This document shows positions 19,996 through 30,132 of a stretch of DNA of 64,000 nucleotides, piece by piece. The stretch is from the NCBI GenBank assembly GCA_017935245.1, contig JAGBHZ010000011.1:17919-81918 (forward strand). Reading direction: 5' to 3'. The translations under genes and the position numbers were made by a program. Within the stretch, counting starts at the first letter, position 1. Each line of letters starts with the position of its first letter. Below the pieces are notes generated by a model that saw nothing but the letters and a program-made list of their open reading frames with translations, had not been told where the DNA came from and searched no databases. This stretch comes from Alphaproteobacteria bacterium. Lineage in GTDB: Bacteria; Pseudomonadota; Alphaproteobacteria; Rs-D84.

Positions 19996-20242
19996 TTATG
20001 ACGATTTGTCATAATGGGGTGTGAGAACCCGAGTTAGTATCGGAATACATACCATTGGCGCACATGTTGCGTTGGGTGTAGTTTGATAAAAGAAAAACTC
20101 CTGAACCAAATACGTCAGGAGGGTCGTGGAATAACAAATACACGGCACAATTCTAACTATTGTTCTCAACCTCCTGACCACTCGAATTTATTCGGTGGTT
20201 TTTGTTTTTTCGCGAATAAAACAAAAGAAAGGAGTTGAACAG
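19996..20242 (+). promoter_or_regulatory. Conserved structured 5' leader RNA (candidate riboswitch or attenuator), copy 1
   Basis: Shares ordered blocks with 60206-60424: P1 hairpin, AUGGGGUGU..AACCC, ACUCCUGA / GUCAGGAGG / CCUCCUGAC, ACAAT-loop-ATTGT, terminator, then AAGGAG. Confidence 0.55.
20177..20210 (+). terminator. Intrinsic terminator inside leader copy 1
   Basis: ACCAC(T)CGAAtttaTTCGGTGGT followed by TTTTGTTTTTT, 33 nt upstream of the ATG. Confidence 0.65.
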
Positions 20243-20710
20243 ATGAAAAAACTTTTAATCTTAACCGCGGTTGGCGCAATGCTTGCCGTGCCCGCAATGG
20301 CGGTGCAAAAGTGTGTGGCGTTGGATGGCTATAACACCATGTGTGATGTAGATGAGTTAGAGTATGGAAATAGCGAATTTAAGGCATCGTGTGGTACATA
20401 TGGTACTGGGGTTACTATACCTGTTAGAGGGATTGGAATATGCTCAAATACTAGTGGCAGTGTACATGGCTCGACGTCCGACACACTGGTAACAGTTAGT
20501 AGTGTGTCTGATAGCCAAAATGTTAATTGTTGGTGTAAAATAATTAGCCCAATCATGTCGCCATGGGTGTCCAGTTACAGCTATTCGTCGGCCAGTGAAT
20601 GTGCATACAAATGTGCTTACGGTTGTGCATTTGGACTGGGTTATGTTGTAGATGATGAAGAAGATTTGGTCAGATTCTTTACTGCAATATTTTCCAATCT
20701 ATCTGACTAA
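20243..20710 (+). CDS. Secreted cysteine-rich protein A, copy 1 (155 aa)
   Basis: AAGGAG Shine-Dalgarno and signal peptide MKKLLILTAVGAMLAVPAMA. The mature protein has 9 Cys, including NCWC. Paralog at 60425-60862. Confidence 0.7.
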   Translation: MKKLLILTAVGAMLAVPAMAVQKCVALDGYNTMCDVDELEYGNSEFKASCGTYGTGVTIPVRGIGICSNTSGSVHGSTSDTLVTVSSVSDSQNVNCWCKIISPIMSPWVSSYSYSSASECAYKCAYGCAFGLGYVVDDEEDLVRFFTAIFSNLSD

Positions 20711-20721
20711 AGGGCGTCATC

Positions 20722-20994
20722 ATGAAACGAATAATATTTTTATTGGTATGTGTGCCGATTGTCGCGCATGCCGCTGCGCCGAGTGTCAGTTGCCCATCGG
20801 GATATATCGCAATTGATTCGCCATATATCACAATTGCGACATCATGTCCGTCGGGTACGGTATCCGTTGGTACGGCGGAATCATGCCTGGTGTCCAGCCC
20901 ATCGGGGGATTGTATAATGTATGCACCGGCGGGGGTATCTTACACCGATGACAGTGGCACATACGAATTTACCGACGCGTGTCCAATGAACTAA
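20722..20994 (+). CDS. Secreted cysteine-rich protein B, copy 1 (90 aa)
   Basis: Signal peptide MKRIIFLLVCVPIVAHA and repeated CPSG motifs. About 80 percent identical by hand alignment to 60877-61149. Confidence 0.7.
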   Translation: MKRIIFLLVCVPIVAHAAAPSVSCPSGYIAIDSPYITIATSCPSGTVSVGTAESCLVSSPSGDCIMYAPAGVSYTDDSGTYEFTDACPMN

Positions 20995-21022
20995 AAAAAA
21001 TCCCCCAAACGGGGGATTTTTT
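20995..21022. terminator. Bidirectional terminator shared by cassette copy 1 and ppdK
   Basis: AAAAAAATCCCCCaaacGGGGGATTTTTT. Overlaps the ppdK stop codon. Confidence 0.75.
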
Positions 21023-23681
21023 AGTTCTTGCGTGGGTATTTAACCGCCGCCTGGGCCGCGGCCAGACGTGCGATTGGCACGCGGAACGGCGAACAAGATA
21101 CCGAATTAAATCCACACTGGTGGAAGAATGCGATGGATTCTGGATCACCACCGTGTTCACCACATACGCCCAGGTGGATATGTTCACCCTTGGTATCGCG
21201 GGCCTTTTTAACCGCGTCTTTAATCAACAGACCAACACCCAATTGATCAACGGACGCAAATGGATCTGCAACATATACACCACGGGCACGATATTCATCC
21301 AAGATTTTGGCGGTGTCATCACGGCTCATCCCCAATGTTGTCTGGGTTAAATCATTTGTTCCAAATTCAAAGAATTCACAACTTTCCGCGATTTCATTTG
21401 CCAAGACCGCTGCGCGTGGCAATTCAATCATTGAACCGACCGTGTATTCAACAGATTCACCCGTTTCCGCAAACAATGATTGGGCCGTGGCGTCGATAAC
21501 CGCTTTGACAATATCGACTTCTTTTTTAGAACCAACCAATGGAACCTCGATTTCTGGGAATACGCGGATGCCGGCCTTTTTAACATCTAATGCCGCCGAC
21601 AGAATCGCGCGTGTCTGCATTTCGCAGATTTCTGGGTATGTAATCGCCAAGCGGCAACCACGATGACCCAACATTGGATTCTGTTCATGCAATGCTTCTG
21701 CACGCGCCTTGATAAATTCAACAGATTTGCCAATATGTGCCGCCAATTCTTCGATTTCGGCATCTGTGTGTGGCAAGAATTCATGTAGTGGCGGGTCAAT
21801 CAAACGAATTGTAACCGGCAGACCATCCATAATCTTGAACAATTCAACAAAGTCAGCCTTTTGATACGGCAACAGTTTTGCCAACGCTGCACGGCGACCG
21901 GCTTCGTCTTCGGCCAGAATCATTTCGCGCATATCCTGGATACGGGACGGATCAAAGAACATGTGTTCTGTACGTGCCAGACCAATACCTTCGGCACCAA
22001 AGTCGCGTGCCTGTTTGGCATCTTTTGGTGTTTCGGCGTTTGCCTTGACTGTTAATGTCTTAATCTGGTCAACCCATTCCATCAATGTACCAAAGTTACC
22101 CGTCAATTCCACAGATACAGTTGGGATTTTACCTTCGATAATCTGGCCCTTGGCACCATCAATTGAAATCCAATCACCTTCGTTAATTACAACACCAGAT
22201 GTTGTTTTCAATGTCTTGGATTCATAGTCGATTTTGATATCCGGTGAACCCGATACGCATGGTGTACCCATACCGCGTGCCACAACAGCCGCGTGTGATG
22301 TCATACCACCACGTGCCGTGATAACACCCTGGGCGGCGTTCATGCCGGCAATATCTTCGGGGGATGTTTCGATACGGATTAGCATAACTTTCTTGCCGGC
22401 GGCGGCCCACTTTTCCGCATCTTCGGCATTAAATACAGCCTGGCCAACGGCGGCACCTGGGGACGCCGGCAGACCGGTTGCAATAACCTTCTTTTCCGCC
22501 TTTGGGTCCAACATTGGGTGCAACAGGTGATCCAATTGGTCCGCACCAACGCGCAGGATGGCTTCTTCTTTGGTCAACAAACCTTCGGACACCATTTCAA
22601 CCGCCATACGAACCGCCGCGGCCGCCGTACGTTTTCCGTTACGGCACTGTAACATCCACAATTTTCCGTGTTCGATTGTGAATTCCATGTCCTGCATGTC
22701 TTTGTAGTGCTTTTCCAGTTTTTCACGAACCGCGCACAGTTCGGCATAAACGGATGGCATCGCTTCTTCCAAAGACAGACGACCAGAATCATCCTTGCTC
22801 ATTGGTTGTGGTGTGCGAATACCCGCAACAACGTCTTCGCCCTGGGCATTAATCAGGTATTCACCATAGTATTTGTTTTCACCGGTGGCTGGGTCACGGC
22901 TGAAACATACGCCGGTGGCAGAATCATCGCCGGAATTGCCGAATACCATTGCCTGGACATTAACGGCGGTACCCCAATCGGCTGGGATATTATTCAATTT
23001 ACGATATGTGATGGCCTTTTTGCTCATCCAAGAACCGAATACGGCGCCAATACCCATTTCCAACTGTTTCCAAGGATCTTGGGGGAATACTTTGCCGATT
23101 TTAACACCGATTTCTTTGAACTTTTCAACCAAGTCTTTCAAATCGTCGGCGGTTAATTCTGTGTCCAGTTTGTACCCCTTGTCTTCCTTCATACGTTCCA
23201 GGGTGTGTTCGAACAAATCAATGTCGGCACCCATAACAACCTCGCTAAACATCATGATAAAACGACGATATGAATCATATGCAAAGCGTTCATTACCAGA
23301 AATTTTTGCCAACGCCTTTACCGTGTCATCGTTCAGGCCTAAATTCAAAACTGTGTCCATCATACCCGGCATGGATACGCGTGCACCCGAACGCACAGAA
23401 ACCAACAATGGGTTTTCCAGGTCTGCAAACTTTTTACCCATAATCGATTCAACGTGTGCGATACCACTGCGCACCTGGTCCATTAAATCGACGGGATATG
23501 TTTGTCCATTTTCATAGTAATACTTACATACATCGGTTGTTACCGTAAAGCCCGCCGGCACCGGCAATCCAACCAAGTTCATTTCTGCTAAATTTGCACC
23601 CTTGCCACCCAGCAGATTTTTCATATCTGCCTGACCTTCGGCGGCGCCATTACCAAAGGTATATACCCATTTATTGCTCAT
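21021..23681 (-). CDS. ppdK: Pyruvate, phosphate dikinase
   Basis: 886 aa with phospho-His motif GGMTSHAAVVARGMG. The start at MSNKWVYTFGNG is preceded by AAGGAGAA. Confidence 0.9.
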   Translation of the reverse strand: MSNKWVYTFGNGAAEGQADMKNLLGGKGANLAEMNLVGLPVPAGFTVTTDVCKYYYENGQTYPVDLMDQVRSGIAHVESIMGKKFADLENPLLVSVRSGARVSMPGMMDTVLNLGLNDDTVKALAKISGNERFAYDSYRRFIMMFSEVVMGADIDLFEHTLERMKEDKGYKLDTELTADDLKDLVEKFKEIGVKIGKVFPQDPWKQLEMGIGAVFGSWMSKKAITYRKLNNIPADWGTAVNVQAMVFGNSGDDSATGVCFSRDPATGENKYYGEYLINAQGEDVVAGIRTPQPMSKDDSGRLSLEEAMPSVYAELCAVREKLEKHYKDMQDMEFTIEHGKLWMLQCRNGKRTAAAAVRMAVEMVSEGLLTKEEAILRVGADQLDHLLHPMLDPKAEKKVIATGLPASPGAAVGQAVFNAEDAEKWAAAGKKVMLIRIETSPEDIAGMNAAQGVITARGGMTSHAAVVARGMGTPCVSGSPDIKIDYESKTLKTTSGVVINEGDWISIDGAKGQIIEGKIPTVSVELTGNFGTLMEWVDQIKTLTVKANAETPKDAKQARDFGAEGIGLARTEHMFFDPSRIQDMREMILAEDEAGRRAALAKLLPYQKADFVELFKIMDGLPVTIRLIDPPLHEFLPHTDAEIEELAAHIGKSVEFIKARAEALHEQNPMLGHRGCRLAITYPEICEMQTRAILSAALDVKKAGIRVFPEIEVPLVGSKKEVDIVKAVIDATAQSLFAETGESVEYTVGSMIELPRAAVLANEIAESCEFFEFGTNDLTQTTLGMSRDDTAKILDEYRARGVYVADPFASVDQLGVGLLIKDAVKKARDTKGEHIHLGVCGEHGGDPESIAFFHQCGFNSVSCSPFRVPIARLAAAQAAVKYPRKN

Positions 23682-23781
23682 GGTTTCTCCTTGTACTGTT
23701 ATTAAAAAATGCCCAACGATTGTGGGGCAAGATAAGCCGAATTGCAAGAAAAAAATCGGCCTATAAACCGATTTTTTGTTT

Positions 23782-24219
23782 TTATTTCTGGCGCGCCTTT
23801 GATTCAGTCAACAAATGTGTCCAGCATGCGTCATTTATAACAAAGGGATTGGTAGTACAACACAAAAATCCAGTGCATTGATTACATGCAAAATTAGAAC
23901 CACCAAAATCAGAACGATACTGTTTAAACACCTTTTCGGATGCCACACCACTATCATGCGCATATTCCGATAAACGTCCAAAAAATTTATGTGGACATTG
24001 GGGTTTTTGCGATACCGATATCAAATCATCCTGGACATATGGGCCACGATTATCCAACATTTCCCAGCATGCCGCACGATTGCAATCAATATCACCACGA
24101 CACGGAACAGATGCACAATATTTTGTAAAAAAATCCGATTCCTTGAATTCTTGGTCCAGATAAAAGCACTGGCGCGGGCAATACATTTCTTTGAACGTAT
24201 CTGTAATTTTAATAGACAT
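23782..24219 (-). CDS. Cysteine-cluster protein, YkgJ/CxxCxxCC (UPF0153)-like
   Basis: CNQCTGFLCC motif plus further Cys pairs. The start at MSIKITD is preceded by AAGGA. Confidence 0.45.
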   Translation of the reverse strand: MSIKITDTFKEMYCPRQCFYLDQEFKESDFFTKYCASVPCRGDIDCNRAACWEMLDNRGPYVQDDLISVSQKPQCPHKFFGRLSEYAHDSGVASEKVFKQYRSDFGGSNFACNQCTGFLCCTTNPFVINDACWTHLLTESKARQK

Positions 24220-24278
24220 TTGTAAATCCTTTGAACAAGTGGGCATATATTAGTCCACCCACATAAATTGTCAAGGTT

Positions 24279-25172
24279 TTACATCGTGCATGCACAGCAT
24301 ATCGAATACAATTTCGATAAATCTGAATCCGAACGGGAATTTAGCACAATTGGTGCACGCGCCCCCAAAACAACGCCGCCAAATATCCAATCGCCAAATT
24401 GAACCATGGCTTTTATTGTATTATTGCCGGCTTCTATATTATGAAACAGCAATATGTCTGCATCACCCGCGACGGGGCCGGTTACACCCTTTTTTTCCGC
24501 CGCGCCACGCGACACCGCAATATCAAATGCAATCGGGCCCGACACAATACAATTTTCAATTTCACCACGCGCGTTCATTTGGCGCAGGGCCGCTGCATCA
24601 ACCGTTGCCTGCATTTTCGGATTTAATGTTTCAACCGCACACAGCGCGGCAACACGTGGCATATCCACACCCATATGACGCGCGAAATTTACCGCATTTT
24701 TTATCAAGTTAACCTTGGTCTCTAAATCAGGGTACATAACCATTGCAATATCGGTCATAAATAATGTGCGGTTATAGGTATGTGAATAAAGCACCGACAC
24801 ATGCGACAAAATACCATCCCCACGAATACCCGTTTCACGGTTAAGTACCGCACGCAAAATATCCGCGGTATGAATTAAACCCTTCATCAAAATATCAGCG
24901 CGACCGGCGCGCACCAGGCCAGTTGCACATGTCGCCGCATCCAGGTCTGATTCACAATGAACAATTTCAAACCCAGAAATATCTAAATTGTTTTTTAATG
25001 CCAAATCTTTGACCCGGTTTTCATCACCACATAAAATCGCATTTACAAATCCCATTTCATGTGCGCGACAAATCGCGCGCATGGCATCCACATCTTCGGC
25101 CGCGGCCAATGCAATTGTACGTGGATGCGCGGGGCGCATTGTGTTTAATTTTTCCAAAAACTGATTTTCCAT
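24279..25172 (-). CDS. Phosphate acetyl/butyryltransferase family protein
   Basis: 297 aa. Looks Pta/Ptb-like over the whole length (RTIALAAAEDVDAMRAI ... GLIHTADILRAVL ... GARAPIVLNSRSDS). Confidence 0.7.
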   Translation of the reverse strand: MENQFLEKLNTMRPAHPRTIALAAAEDVDAMRAICRAHEMGFVNAILCGDENRVKDLALKNNLDISGFEIVHCESDLDAATCATGLVRAGRADILMKGLIHTADILRAVLNRETGIRGDGILSHVSVLYSHTYNRTLFMTDIAMVMYPDLETKVNLIKNAVNFARHMGVDMPRVAALCAVETLNPKMQATVDAAALRQMNARGEIENCIVSGPIAFDIAVSRGAAEKKGVTGPVAGDADILLFHNIEAGNNTIKAMVQFGDWIFGGVVLGARAPIVLNSRSDSDLSKLYSICCACTM

Positions 25173-25273
25173 TTCTTTTTCCCTTTTGCGGGACAGGATA
25201 GGATATTTTATACGCCACGCGCAAGAAAAAATCCCCTGACGGGGGGATTAAGAAACAAACACATCCGCACCCC

Positions 25274-25816
25274 CTAGCGCGTAAAGACCCATGAATCATC
25301 GCGGATTGCATCGTCGATTGCGTATCCCTTTATCCGGCCAGATTCAACCAACGCAACAACAATATCTTTGACCAGGGTGGCGGCCCCCTTGTTCTTAACC
25401 AGGTCAACCGGCTGGTTATCAATCGACAACTTTAAAAAGTGGCCCCAACCCGCACGATTTCCACCACGGGCATAAAAAAGATCCTGTATGCTTTTTTCAA
25501 TAGTAATATTGCCATAGCGCACCGTAAAATTTGGCAATGCGCGCCATGTTGCAATTTTTTTATCGCCATAAGACATGCTGTAATCCGTTGCCGTTGGCGA
25601 TGAAAATTCGGTAACCGTCGCCATATCTAAATTACGGTACATTGCGCGCAGGGCAGATGCCCCATAAAAAACCGGTTCAATAACACGATTTGCACGCGAT
25701 TTTATTATCTGGCGATATTTGGCGCCACGAATTAATTTTGTAAATACATTTTTCTTGTTCATATTCAAAACATATCGTATTGCGTGTGGTTTAGCAAGAT
25801 ATTTTATTTTTTTCAT
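25274..25816 (-). CDS. Hypothetical protein, 180 aa (alternative start MNKKNV at 25762)
   Basis: Clean ORF with no family recognised. A GC hairpin abuts the first ATG. Confidence 0.5.
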   Translation of the reverse strand: MKKIKYLAKPHAIRYVLNMNKKNVFTKLIRGAKYRQIIKSRANRVIEPVFYGASALRAMYRNLDMATVTEFSSPTATDYSMSYGDKKIATWRALPNFTVRYGNITIEKSIQDLFYARGGNRAGWGHFLKLSIDNQPVDLVKNKGAATLVKDIVVALVESGRIKGYAIDDAIRDDSWVFTR

Positions 25817-25851
25817 CCCCGCGCAGGCGGGGATAAAAAAAATACTGTGAT

Positions 25852-25874
25852 AAACTTTTATTTATCTAAGTATT
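25852..25874 (+). repeat. Conserved box AAACTTTTATTTATCTAAGTATT (copy 2 of 3, no promoter follows)
   Basis: Matches 19939-19961 and 60148-60170. Confidence 0.6.
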
Positions 25875-25892
25875 AATTAATAGAATCCACAA

Positions 25893-25918
25893 TTGAACTT
25901 TGTACTCTGAACTTTGAA
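25893..25918. repeat. 26-nt motif TTGAACTTTGTACTCTGAACTTTGAA
   Basis: Matches 51416-51440 at 23 of 25 aligned positions, in the same orientation. Confidence 0.7.
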
Positions 25919-25949
25919 AAAAATCCCGCCAGTTGGCGGGATTTTTTTC
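25916..25949. terminator. Terminator after the 1029-aa gene
   Basis: AAAAAAATCCCGCCagttGGCGGGATTTTTTT. Confidence 0.75.
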
Positions 25950-25951
25950 AT

Positions 25952-28900
25952 TTATTCCATGCTGGTGGTGATGACGTCGCCGTATTGGCCGGCCTCTTCA
26001 CCGCCGATATAGCAATAGATATGATTACCAATTTCTTCCATAAACATATCATATGCTTCGCGTTCGGCTTTGTCCAATTCGGCATCTTGGATGGCCTTGG
26101 TCGCATAGTATGTTAATACCCCACCTGCAACCGCCGTTACCGCACCAGTTATACCGGCCGCAACTTTGGTTTTCTTGGCATCGGCTGTAACATTTTCCGC
26201 TGTTGTTACTTCACGACACTTTGTGCTTAAATCATTTAATGCAGTATTAAAATCTCTCCACTTGTCGTCGTTACCATCTTTGTCCACAGAACTTATTGTA
26301 TCATCAAAAGCAGAAAATGCATCGCGTACTTTGCTGATATCTGATGACGAAACTCCTGCATCAAGTGCTGCATTTAATGCATAACGAACACTGTTAGACA
26401 AATCATCGGATGTACGCCCTTTAATTCCGTTAATTGCTGAATCACATGCTTTGCGTAACTGCTCTGGTGTTTTTTTGCTGCGCATATTCGAATTCAGGCC
26501 GGACAATTTGCCAAACACTTCGCCGTTTGTAATTCCCGCACCCATGTATGCACCACCAATGCCCGTACCAATCGCCGCGATTGGGGCTAACCACCATTCC
26601 AGGTTCTTTGCCTGGGTCTTTTTCTGATCATCACGGGCATCACGACCAACAATTTCGGCAATCTTTTCCAGGTCTTTGCCGGTTATCCAACTGCCACAGG
26701 TAAATGCATCACCGGCCGCAAAGTATGCCGTTGCCCAATCTGCGCCCTTGTTGATTGCATCCTGGATATCTTTGTGGTCGGATTGTACATTTACGCGTAC
26801 CCGACAGAAGGAACCATACAAATCGTTGCTGGCTACAAACTGGCTTGGTTTCAGACCCGCCGTTGCATAGTTTGTTGGAACCTTGTTATTCTTTAATTTC
26901 GCCCACATAAATGTTGATGCCAAATCGTTTTTACCCATTACACCGCCGGCATTTGACGACATACACATGTTCTGCTGCTTGGTCAATTTAGCGTTGTATT
27001 TTGCCTGGGCTTCGTATTCAATGTCCGTCAACAGTTCACGGAACAATGTTGTTGCCGCCTGGGTTGTTAAATATGTCTGGTATGATTCCATGACCGGTTC
27101 GTCATAGATATCACCATCGGCATCCATTTCATAACAAATGCCTTCGTACCCCTTGGAATTGGCACAAATGTTATTTCCGTTGTTGTCGGTCTTTTGAATC
27201 ATTTGTGCATCCAATTCAACAGATTTTGCACCGCCGGCATCAACCCAACCCGAACGTACCGATGTAGAATCGCCCCAGTTGTTGGTTAAATTTGTACCCT
27301 GGGCAATGCGGGCCTGTTCTATTTTTAGGTGTTCATCACAGACGTCCGCACCCTTTACCGTGTTCATGCACAATCCCAAAACAATCGAATAATCCAAAAC
27401 CCCACCGGTTTTATTCATGGATTTATCAAAGTCTGAATCACCCGTCTTTGTCAAATCACCAATAATATCCGTGCGATTGCGATAGCAATTTACATAATCT
27501 TCGCCGCACATGGTTTTTACACAACTGGCCGCGATGGATTGACATTGTTTCTTCATCGTGGCGATTGCGGCCATGCTGTAATTATTTGACAAGGTGGCAT
27601 TCAATGATGCGATAACGCCGATTGGATCAGCCTTGGTCGTGGCATCATATTCTGGGAACAATGTGTCAAACACACCGTCATTTAAGTATGCATACGAATA
27701 CGCTTCATCTTTGATGGATGAGTATGCATACTGGCAATTTGTGTCGGTGTTAACAATTGATTCACAACTGCGCTTAATCTGGTTGCGGGTCAATTCTTTG
27801 TTAATCGATTCATCACCGCCATCAAATACAGATGTATAGCATACCGAACCAATACCTTCGCCACAGGCACGCATTGCACATGTGCGAATTGTTTCAGAAC
27901 ACTTGTCCTTGGCACGGGTGTCAAATTTCTGCATTACATCCTGAATCTTGGAATCTACGTATTTTTTACGCTGGTCAATTGCGGCATCAAATACTTCTTC
28001 TTGGACATCGATGTCGGACAATTCGCCCTTGGTCGGTGTTTTTTCACGGAATGTCATATGACAATATTTATTCGAACCAATCGTATCCAGACATGACGTT
28101 TTCAAGAAGCGATTAACATCACTTTTTGAAATTGCGCCGGTCGATGCGTCACCACCCGTAACCGCCGTTGTCTGTTCCGGGGTTTCCGACGCCAGATTGG
28201 CCGCCGTTATTGTTTCCAGGGTTGACCCTTCGATACAACGGAACGGGTTCGCAGTACATGCCCCCAGGAAGCATTGTTCAACAACCTTGTAACATGTGGA
28301 AACCGCGTTCATTGCCGCCAATTGGGCACCATCTTCAATCATCGCAGACACACGACCGCCAATTGTGGCACTGGACGGGGTCCATGGATAAACACCAAAC
28401 AATTCTTTGACACCGGCACTTTGGCAACGGGCCAATGTTGAATCACAGAATAATGCCTGTTTCTTAAACTCACGCGTGGTGGTGCATAATTCAAAATCCG
28501 CGCCACAAACACTGTCTTTGTTCAGGCATGATGTATAGCGTTTTACACATGTTGATGTGTCATATTGATTGTTAATGGCCGCGGCCGATACCCATTGGCC
28601 CATAACACTGCCATCGGTGGGATATGTGTAATCCAGAATTTCTTTTGTAACAGAATCCATAGATTTAATCGCACCAAGGGACGCAATTGTCGACACACCA
28701 TAAAGACGATTAATAGCCGCGGCAGAACACTGGGACAAAGCATTAATACAAACCGGCATTTTCCCGTGCAATAATTTTCGTGTTGTACATTCTTCGAATT
28801 CAGGACCACATGCATCATCAGCCTTCATACATTCGGTATATGCGTCAACGCATTCGTTATCGGCCAATGTGGTTGACACAGACGTCGCAGTATTAGACCC

Positions 28901-29041
28901 AACATACGCAGACAATGTCGGCAAACGACGTGCCGCCGCCGCTGTGGCATTCGTAACACTGGGGCGCGCAGTTACCGCAAGTGCCGCCGGAATTGCGGCA
29001 AAAACCGCCAATAAACTAACCGTTGTTTTGAATAAAGACAT
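25952..29041 (-). CDS. Large cysteine-rich modular envelope protein with C-terminal double TM anchor (1029 aa)
   Basis: Signal peptide SLFKTTVSLLAVFAAIPAALA. Repeated modules such as ECVDAYTECMKADDACGPEFEECTT and TCVKRYTSCLNKDSVCGADFELCTT. TM segments WWLAPIAAIGTGIGGAYMGAGI and VAAGITGAVTAVAGGVLTYYA. ATG at 29041 follows GGAG. Confidence 0.7.
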   Translation of the reverse strand: MSLFKTTVSLLAVFAAIPAALAVTARPSVTNATAAAARRLPTLSAYVGSNTATSVSTTLADNECVDAYTECMKADDACGPEFEECTTRKLLHGKMPVCINALSQCSAAAINRLYGVSTIASLGAIKSMDSVTKEILDYTYPTDGSVMGQWVSAAAINNQYDTSTCVKRYTSCLNKDSVCGADFELCTTTREFKKQALFCDSTLARCQSAGVKELFGVYPWTPSSATIGGRVSAMIEDGAQLAAMNAVSTCYKVVEQCFLGACTANPFRCIEGSTLETITAANLASETPEQTTAVTGGDASTGAISKSDVNRFLKTSCLDTIGSNKYCHMTFREKTPTKGELSDIDVQEEVFDAAIDQRKKYVDSKIQDVMQKFDTRAKDKCSETIRTCAMRACGEGIGSVCYTSVFDGGDESINKELTRNQIKRSCESIVNTDTNCQYAYSSIKDEAYSYAYLNDGVFDTLFPEYDATTKADPIGVIASLNATLSNNYSMAAIATMKKQCQSIAASCVKTMCGEDYVNCYRNRTDIIGDLTKTGDSDFDKSMNKTGGVLDYSIVLGLCMNTVKGADVCDEHLKIEQARIAQGTNLTNNWGDSTSVRSGWVDAGGAKSVELDAQMIQKTDNNGNNICANSKGYEGICYEMDADGDIYDEPVMESYQTYLTTQAATTLFRELLTDIEYEAQAKYNAKLTKQQNMCMSSNAGGVMGKNDLASTFMWAKLKNNKVPTNYATAGLKPSQFVASNDLYGSFCRVRVNVQSDHKDIQDAINKGADWATAYFAAGDAFTCGSWITGKDLEKIAEIVGRDARDDQKKTQAKNLEWWLAPIAAIGTGIGGAYMGAGITNGEVFGKLSGLNSNMRSKKTPEQLRKACDSAINGIKGRTSDDLSNSVRYALNAALDAGVSSSDISKVRDAFSAFDDTISSVDKDGNDDKWRDFNTALNDLSTKCREVTTAENVTADAKKTKVAAGITGAVTAVAGGVLTYYATKAIQDAELDKAEREAYDMFMEEIGNHIYCYIGGEEAGQYGDVITTSME

Positions 29042-29141
29042 TCCCAAACTCCATATACTTTTGTTTTATTTTAACATAAAACGTCCGCCTTGGAAAGGGA
29101 AAAATACTGGGTAGTGGTTAGTGTAAGTGGGTGAATACTAT

Positions 29142-29163
29142 AAAATCCCCCGTCGGGGATTTT
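29142..29163. terminator. Terminator after rluD
   Basis: AAAATCCCCcgtcGGGGATTTT. Overlaps the rluD stop codon. Confidence 0.65.
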
Positions 29164-30121
29164 ATCCAATTTCAGACAGCAAATATTTCAATTCATCCAT
29201 GTCATCGGGCAGACGTGTTTTAAAACGCATTTGTTCGCCCGTTATGGGATGTGCAAATTCTAATAATTCGGCATGCAGCATTTGACCCGTATGTTCACGT
29301 AAAAATTCTAGTAATTCTGGGTGTTTTACCGAACCTAAACGCGTTGCGCCACGTCCATAAATCGGATCACACAAAACCGGGAAACCATGCGCCGACATAT
29401 GAACACGTATCTGATGCGTGCGCCCCGTCAAAAGTGTGCAACGAAACTGGGTAATTCCTGCACGGGGAAACGCATTTATAACCGCAACATCGGTATGAGC
29501 GGGTTTGCCACCGGTTTTAACCATTGTCATTTTCTGGCGATTGCGGGATGAACGCGCAATATTGCCCGTAATGGTGGCCGATTCCCAATTTGGTACCCCC
29601 CATGCAAAGCATACATATTTGCGCACCAAATCATGTTCCGAAAATGTTTTAATCAATGACCGATATGCCGCATCAGATTTGGCAAATACCATAACACCAC
29701 TGGTATCTTTGTCCAGACGATGCACAACACCGGGACGTGTATCACCACCCAATGTGGATAAATGGGTATGCGCCAAGATATTTTGAACCAAAGTTCCGGT
29801 CTTGTTCCCGGCCGATGGATACATGACAACACCACGCGGTTTGTTTATGACAATAATATCATCGTCTTCGAATAAAATATCCAGGTCAAAATCAGAAGAA
29901 ATATTGTCGGTGGCAACATCGGTTTGTGGTGTGGGAACATCCACCGAAAAAACATCACCGGCGCGTGTTTTTTCTGAAAACTTTATCGGTGTGCCAGAAC
30001 GCAAAACATTAAATTTTTGAATTTCACTGCGTGAAAATTCGGGCATTTGTGCAGACAAAAACTTATCAATACGAACACCAATATTTTCATCATCTACGAT
30101 AAATTGACGAACATCTGACAT
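29162..30121 (-). CDS. rluD: RluD-family 23S rRNA pseudouridine synthase
   Basis: Catalytic motif HRLDKDTSGVMVFAK with an S4-like N-terminus. The ATG at 30121 follows AGGGGTG. Confidence 0.8.
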   Translation of the reverse strand: MSDVRQFIVDDENIGVRIDKFLSAQMPEFSRSEIQKFNVLRSGTPIKFSEKTRAGDVFSVDVPTPQTDVATDNISSDFDLDILFEDDDIIVINKPRGVVMYPSAGNKTGTLVQNILAHTHLSTLGGDTRPGVVHRLDKDTSGVMVFAKSDAAYRSLIKTFSEHDLVRKYVCFAWGVPNWESATITGNIARSSRNRQKMTMVKTGGKPAHTDVAVINAFPRAGITQFRCTLLTGRTHQIRVHMSAHGFPVLCDPIYGRGATRLGSVKHPELLEFLREHTGQMLHAELLEFAHPITGEQMRFKTRLPDDMDELKYLLSEIG

Positions 30122-30132
30122 AAAAAACACCC

